Shown: positions 61,590 through 64,000 of the stretch, piece after piece | How the letters are laid out: each line of letters starts with the position of its first letter | Position numbering within the stretch: the stretch's first letter is position 1 | Assembly (NCBI GenBank): GCA_045567365.1 | Contig: JBJLDC010000012.1 | Span: 30,809-94,808 of the forward strand | Source: Candidatus Pelagibacterales bacterium | Lineage (GTDB): Bacteria; Pseudomonadota; Alphaproteobacteria; Pelagibacterales; AG-422-B15 | Direction of reading: 5' to 3' | DNA: 64,000 nt | Program-made: the position numbers and the translations under genes | Notes under the pieces: model-generated | Told to the model about the DNA's origin: nothing | What the model saw: the letters and a program-made list of their open reading frames with translations, nothing else | The model's database searches: none

Positions 61590-62495
61590 TTACTTATTAT
61601 CATTTGATGTTTGATTTAAATAAAGAGCAAATAAAATAAGGCTTAAGGAAAGCAGTACATTTATTTCAATTGCTTCACCTAAGAAAATAGCTCCAGAGAA
61701 ATAAGCTATCAAAGGAATAAGAAAATTAATTAATGATAAGAAAACAGGTCCTTTAGTTTCAATAATTTTAAAAAATAAAAGGTTTGCAATTGCTGTTGCA
61801 AATATACCTTGGATTGAAACAGATAATATTGCTTTAGAATTAAATTCATTAAGCCAAAAAGGTTCAAAGAATAATGCAAAAGGTAAGATCCATATAACAC
61901 TCGCTATCGTTACTCCAGTAGCAAGAGAAATAAAATTTACTTCGGGAACAAGTTTAGTTAAAACTGCATTCAGGCCATAGCATGTGGCAGCTAACAAAAC
62001 AATTAGCTGACTTATTATTTCAATTGAATTTCCTCTTCCTATTTGTGTAATAGTGTCAAAGCCAAATAGTATCAATATTCCACAAAATGCTATAATGAAA
62101 CTAAGTACTTTCTTAAAATTTATAATTTCATTTTTTAAAATAATTGCACTTAGTGCTAGGGTAAGTAGGGGCATAGGAGACATTAATACTCCTGCTAAAC
62201 CTGCATTAATGTATATTTCTGCAGAGGAAATTAATGAAAAAGGTATTGCCAGCCCAAAAGCCCCAAGAATAAAATAAAAAAGAATTAGTTTCGGCTTAAG
62301 AACTAGTTTTTGATTCTGCAGTTTCATAACTACATATAAAATTATTGACGCCATCAAAAGTCTTAAAAAAACATTTGTTATTGGACCAATCTCTTCAACT
62401 GCCAGTTTGATAAATAAAAAATTAACTCCCCAAATAGTTGCTAAGGAAAGTAAAAATATCCAGCTTGTAAAACTTGTTTGATTTATTTGTTTCAT
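61590..62495 (-). CDS. DMT-superfamily (EamA) transporter
   Basis: 301 aa with 10 TM helices in two EamA repeats. Confidence 0.8.
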   Translation of the reverse strand: MKQINQTSFTSWIFLLSLATIWGVNFLFIKLAVEEIGPITNVFLRLLMASIILYVVMKLQNQKLVLKPKLILFYFILGAFGLAIPFSLISSAEIYINAGLAGVLMSPMPLLTLALSAIILKNEIINFKKVLSFIIAFCGILILFGFDTITQIGRGNSIEIISQLIVLLAATCYGLNAVLTKLVPEVNFISLATGVTIASVIWILPFALFFEPFWLNEFNSKAILSVSIQGIFATAIANLLFFKIIETKGPVFLSLINFLIPLIAYFSGAIFLGEAIEINVLLSLSLILFALYLNQTSNDNK

Positions 62496-62547
62496 TTAAG
62501 TCGGAGGAGAGTATTATTGTATATCTCTAAAGTAAACGTATTAATAT

Positions 62548-63150
62548 ATGAGAACTATATTCATTTTTATTGCTTTATTATCGATGCTCACTAGCTGTGC
62601 CAGTAAGCCACCAGATAATCAGGAAAATATCTGTAAGATATTTAATGAAAAATCATCTTGGTATCGATTAGCCAATAAATCAGAAGAAAAATGGGGTGCC
62701 CCAATTCATGTTCAAATGTCAATCTTAAGGCAAGAGTCTTCCTTTCAGAATAGAGTAAAGCCAGAACGTGAAAAATTATTTGGAGTTATTCCTTGGAAAC
62801 GTAAATCGAGTGCCTTAGGTTATACTCAAGCAATAGATGGAACATGGGACTGGTATAAAAAAGAAAATAATAAACCACTTGCTTCAAGAGTTAATTTTGC
62901 CGATGCTGTAGACTTTACAGGCTGGTATATAAATAAAACAACTTCAATAAATAAAATCACTAAAAGTGATACTTATAACCAATATCTAGCCTATCATGAA
63001 GGGCATGGCGGTTTTAAAAAAGGAACTTATAAGAGTAAAGAGTGGTTAATTGAGGTTGCTCGCAAAGTTAAGATACGAGCTGATCGATATGAGTCTCAAT
63101 TAGCTGAATGTGAAAATGATTTTAATAAAAAATTTCTAGGTATTTTTTGA
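62548..63150 (+). CDS. Lipoprotein with a lytic-transglycosylase (SLT-like) motif
   Basis: Lipobox LTSCAS, SILRQESSFQ (SLT catalytic Glu-Ser context), and GYTQAIDGTW. Confidence 0.6.
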   Translation: MRTIFIFIALLSMLTSCASKPPDNQENICKIFNEKSSWYRLANKSEEKWGAPIHVQMSILRQESSFQNRVKPEREKLFGVIPWKRKSSALGYTQAIDGTWDWYKKENNKPLASRVNFADAVDFTGWYINKTTSINKITKSDTYNQYLAYHEGHGGFKKGTYKSKEWLIEVARKVKIRADRYESQLAECENDFNKKFLGIF

Positions 63151-64000
63151 ATGAAAAAAAATAAAAAATTAGTAGCTGTTACCATGGGAGATCCATCTGG
63201 AATTTCAACAGAGATTATTATTAAGTCATGGAAAAGAGCTGCTTATACTTTTTTTGTAATACATGATCCTGAATATATTTCTAAAGTTGCGAGTAAATTA
63301 AAACTTAAAGTTAATATTAAATTAATATCAAGTCCTGAGGAAGCTCATGGAGTTTTTAAAAAATCATTACCTGTACTGCCAATTAAAATTGAAAGTAATA
63401 CAAGATTGGGTTACCCAAATCATAGTAACTCTAGACATATTTTTCGATCAATTGATCTTGCAATTAAATTTGCAAAAGAAAAGAAGGTTTCAGGAATTGT
63501 AACTAATCCAATATCAAAAGAAATATTATCGAGATACAGAAAAAATTTTACTGGTCATACAGAATATTTAGCAAGATTAGATAAGAAAAAAATTTTTGGA
63601 ATGATGCTATTAAATAATCAACTTAAAGTTGTTCCATTTACAACTCATATTCCACTAAAAGATGTTTGTAAGCATATAAAGCAGAAACCACTCTTAGAGG
63701 CAGTAAAGTTATTAAATCAATCTTTGAAGAAAAACTTTGGTATAAAAAAACCAAAAATTGCTATTACAGGTCTTAATCCACATTCAGGTGATGGAGGCCT
63801 TTTAGGAAACGAAGAAAATAAAATCATACTGCCAGTAATAAAAAAGAGTTTGAAAAGTGGGATATTAATAACAGGCCCACTATCTGCTGACTCTGCTTTT
63901 CAAGATAAAAATCTAAAATTATTTGATGCTTTTCTGTGCATGTATCACGATCAAGCATTAATACCAGTGAAGACTATCGATTTTGACAATACAATTAATT
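63151..64000 (+). CDS. pdxA: 4-hydroxythreonine-4-phosphate dehydrogenase, N-terminal ~283 aa (3' end lies outside the window); absent from the ORF track
   Basis: The frame is open from ATG 63151 to the window end. It contains VTMGDPSGIS, GLNPHSGDGGLLGNEE and MYHDQALIPVK, which match PdxA blocks. Confidence 0.88.
   Translation, partial: MKKNKKLVAVTMGDPSGISTEIIIKSWKRAAYTFFVIHDPEYISKVASKLKLKVNIKLISSPEEAHGVFKKSLPVLPIKIESNTRLGYPNHSNSRHIFRSIDLAIKFAKEKKVSGIVTNPISKEILSRYRKNFTGHTEYLARLDKKKIFGMMLLNNQLKVVPFTTHIPLKDVCKHIKQKPLLEAVKLLNQSLKKNFGIKKPKIAITGLNPHSGDGGLLGNEENKIILPVIKKSLKSGILITGPLSADSAFQDKNLKLFDAFLCMYHDQALIPVKTIDFDNTIN

Overview
This window is very AT-rich (roughly 30% GC by eye) and extremely gene-dense. 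Many start/stop codons overlap and most intergenic gaps are tiny. The gene content and several synteny blocks are alphaproteobacterial: fabI-fabB-fabA next to irr, rpsT-dnaA-dnaN-recF-gyrB, regB-regA, pckA/chvI-chvG/ahcY, and tsaE-amgK-murU. Together with the streamlining, this fits a marine Pelagibacterales (SAR11)-like chromosome around dnaA, though the taxon cannot be proven from sequence alone. I found about 60 protein genes, including one 59-aa gene and one 3'-truncated gene that are missing from the ORF track. I saw no rRNA, tRNA, CRISPR, transposase, integrase or phage genes, so this is core chromosome rather than an island, and I see no defence-system-like novelty. The best candidates for undescribed biology are: (1) two tandem ammonium-transporter paralogs, each preceded by the same 28-nt motif built on an ATGNCA-N3-TGGCAW palindrome, with no glnK nearby; (2) a Fur-box-like palindrome and a near-consensus Irr ICE box sitting back to back between irr and an uncharacterised rubrerythrin / HdrD-like Fe-S / DUF3501 operon; (3) a divergent module of a SurA-like protein, an N-terminally extended HupE/UreJ protein and a large Cys-rich DUF3604 protein; (4) a compact organosulfate locus (TauD/AtsK-family dioxygenase, DMT carrier, SdsA1-type alkylsulfatase, DUF3429); and (5) a divergent diiron-carboxylate protein / MMPL-RND exporter pair. 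Smaller observations include an alphaproteobacterial SOS box in front of umuDC, an apparent clean loss of hprK-ptsM-ptsO between chvG and ahcY, a photolyase-family protein with no CxxC motif, and convergent genes that share stop-codon nucleotides.
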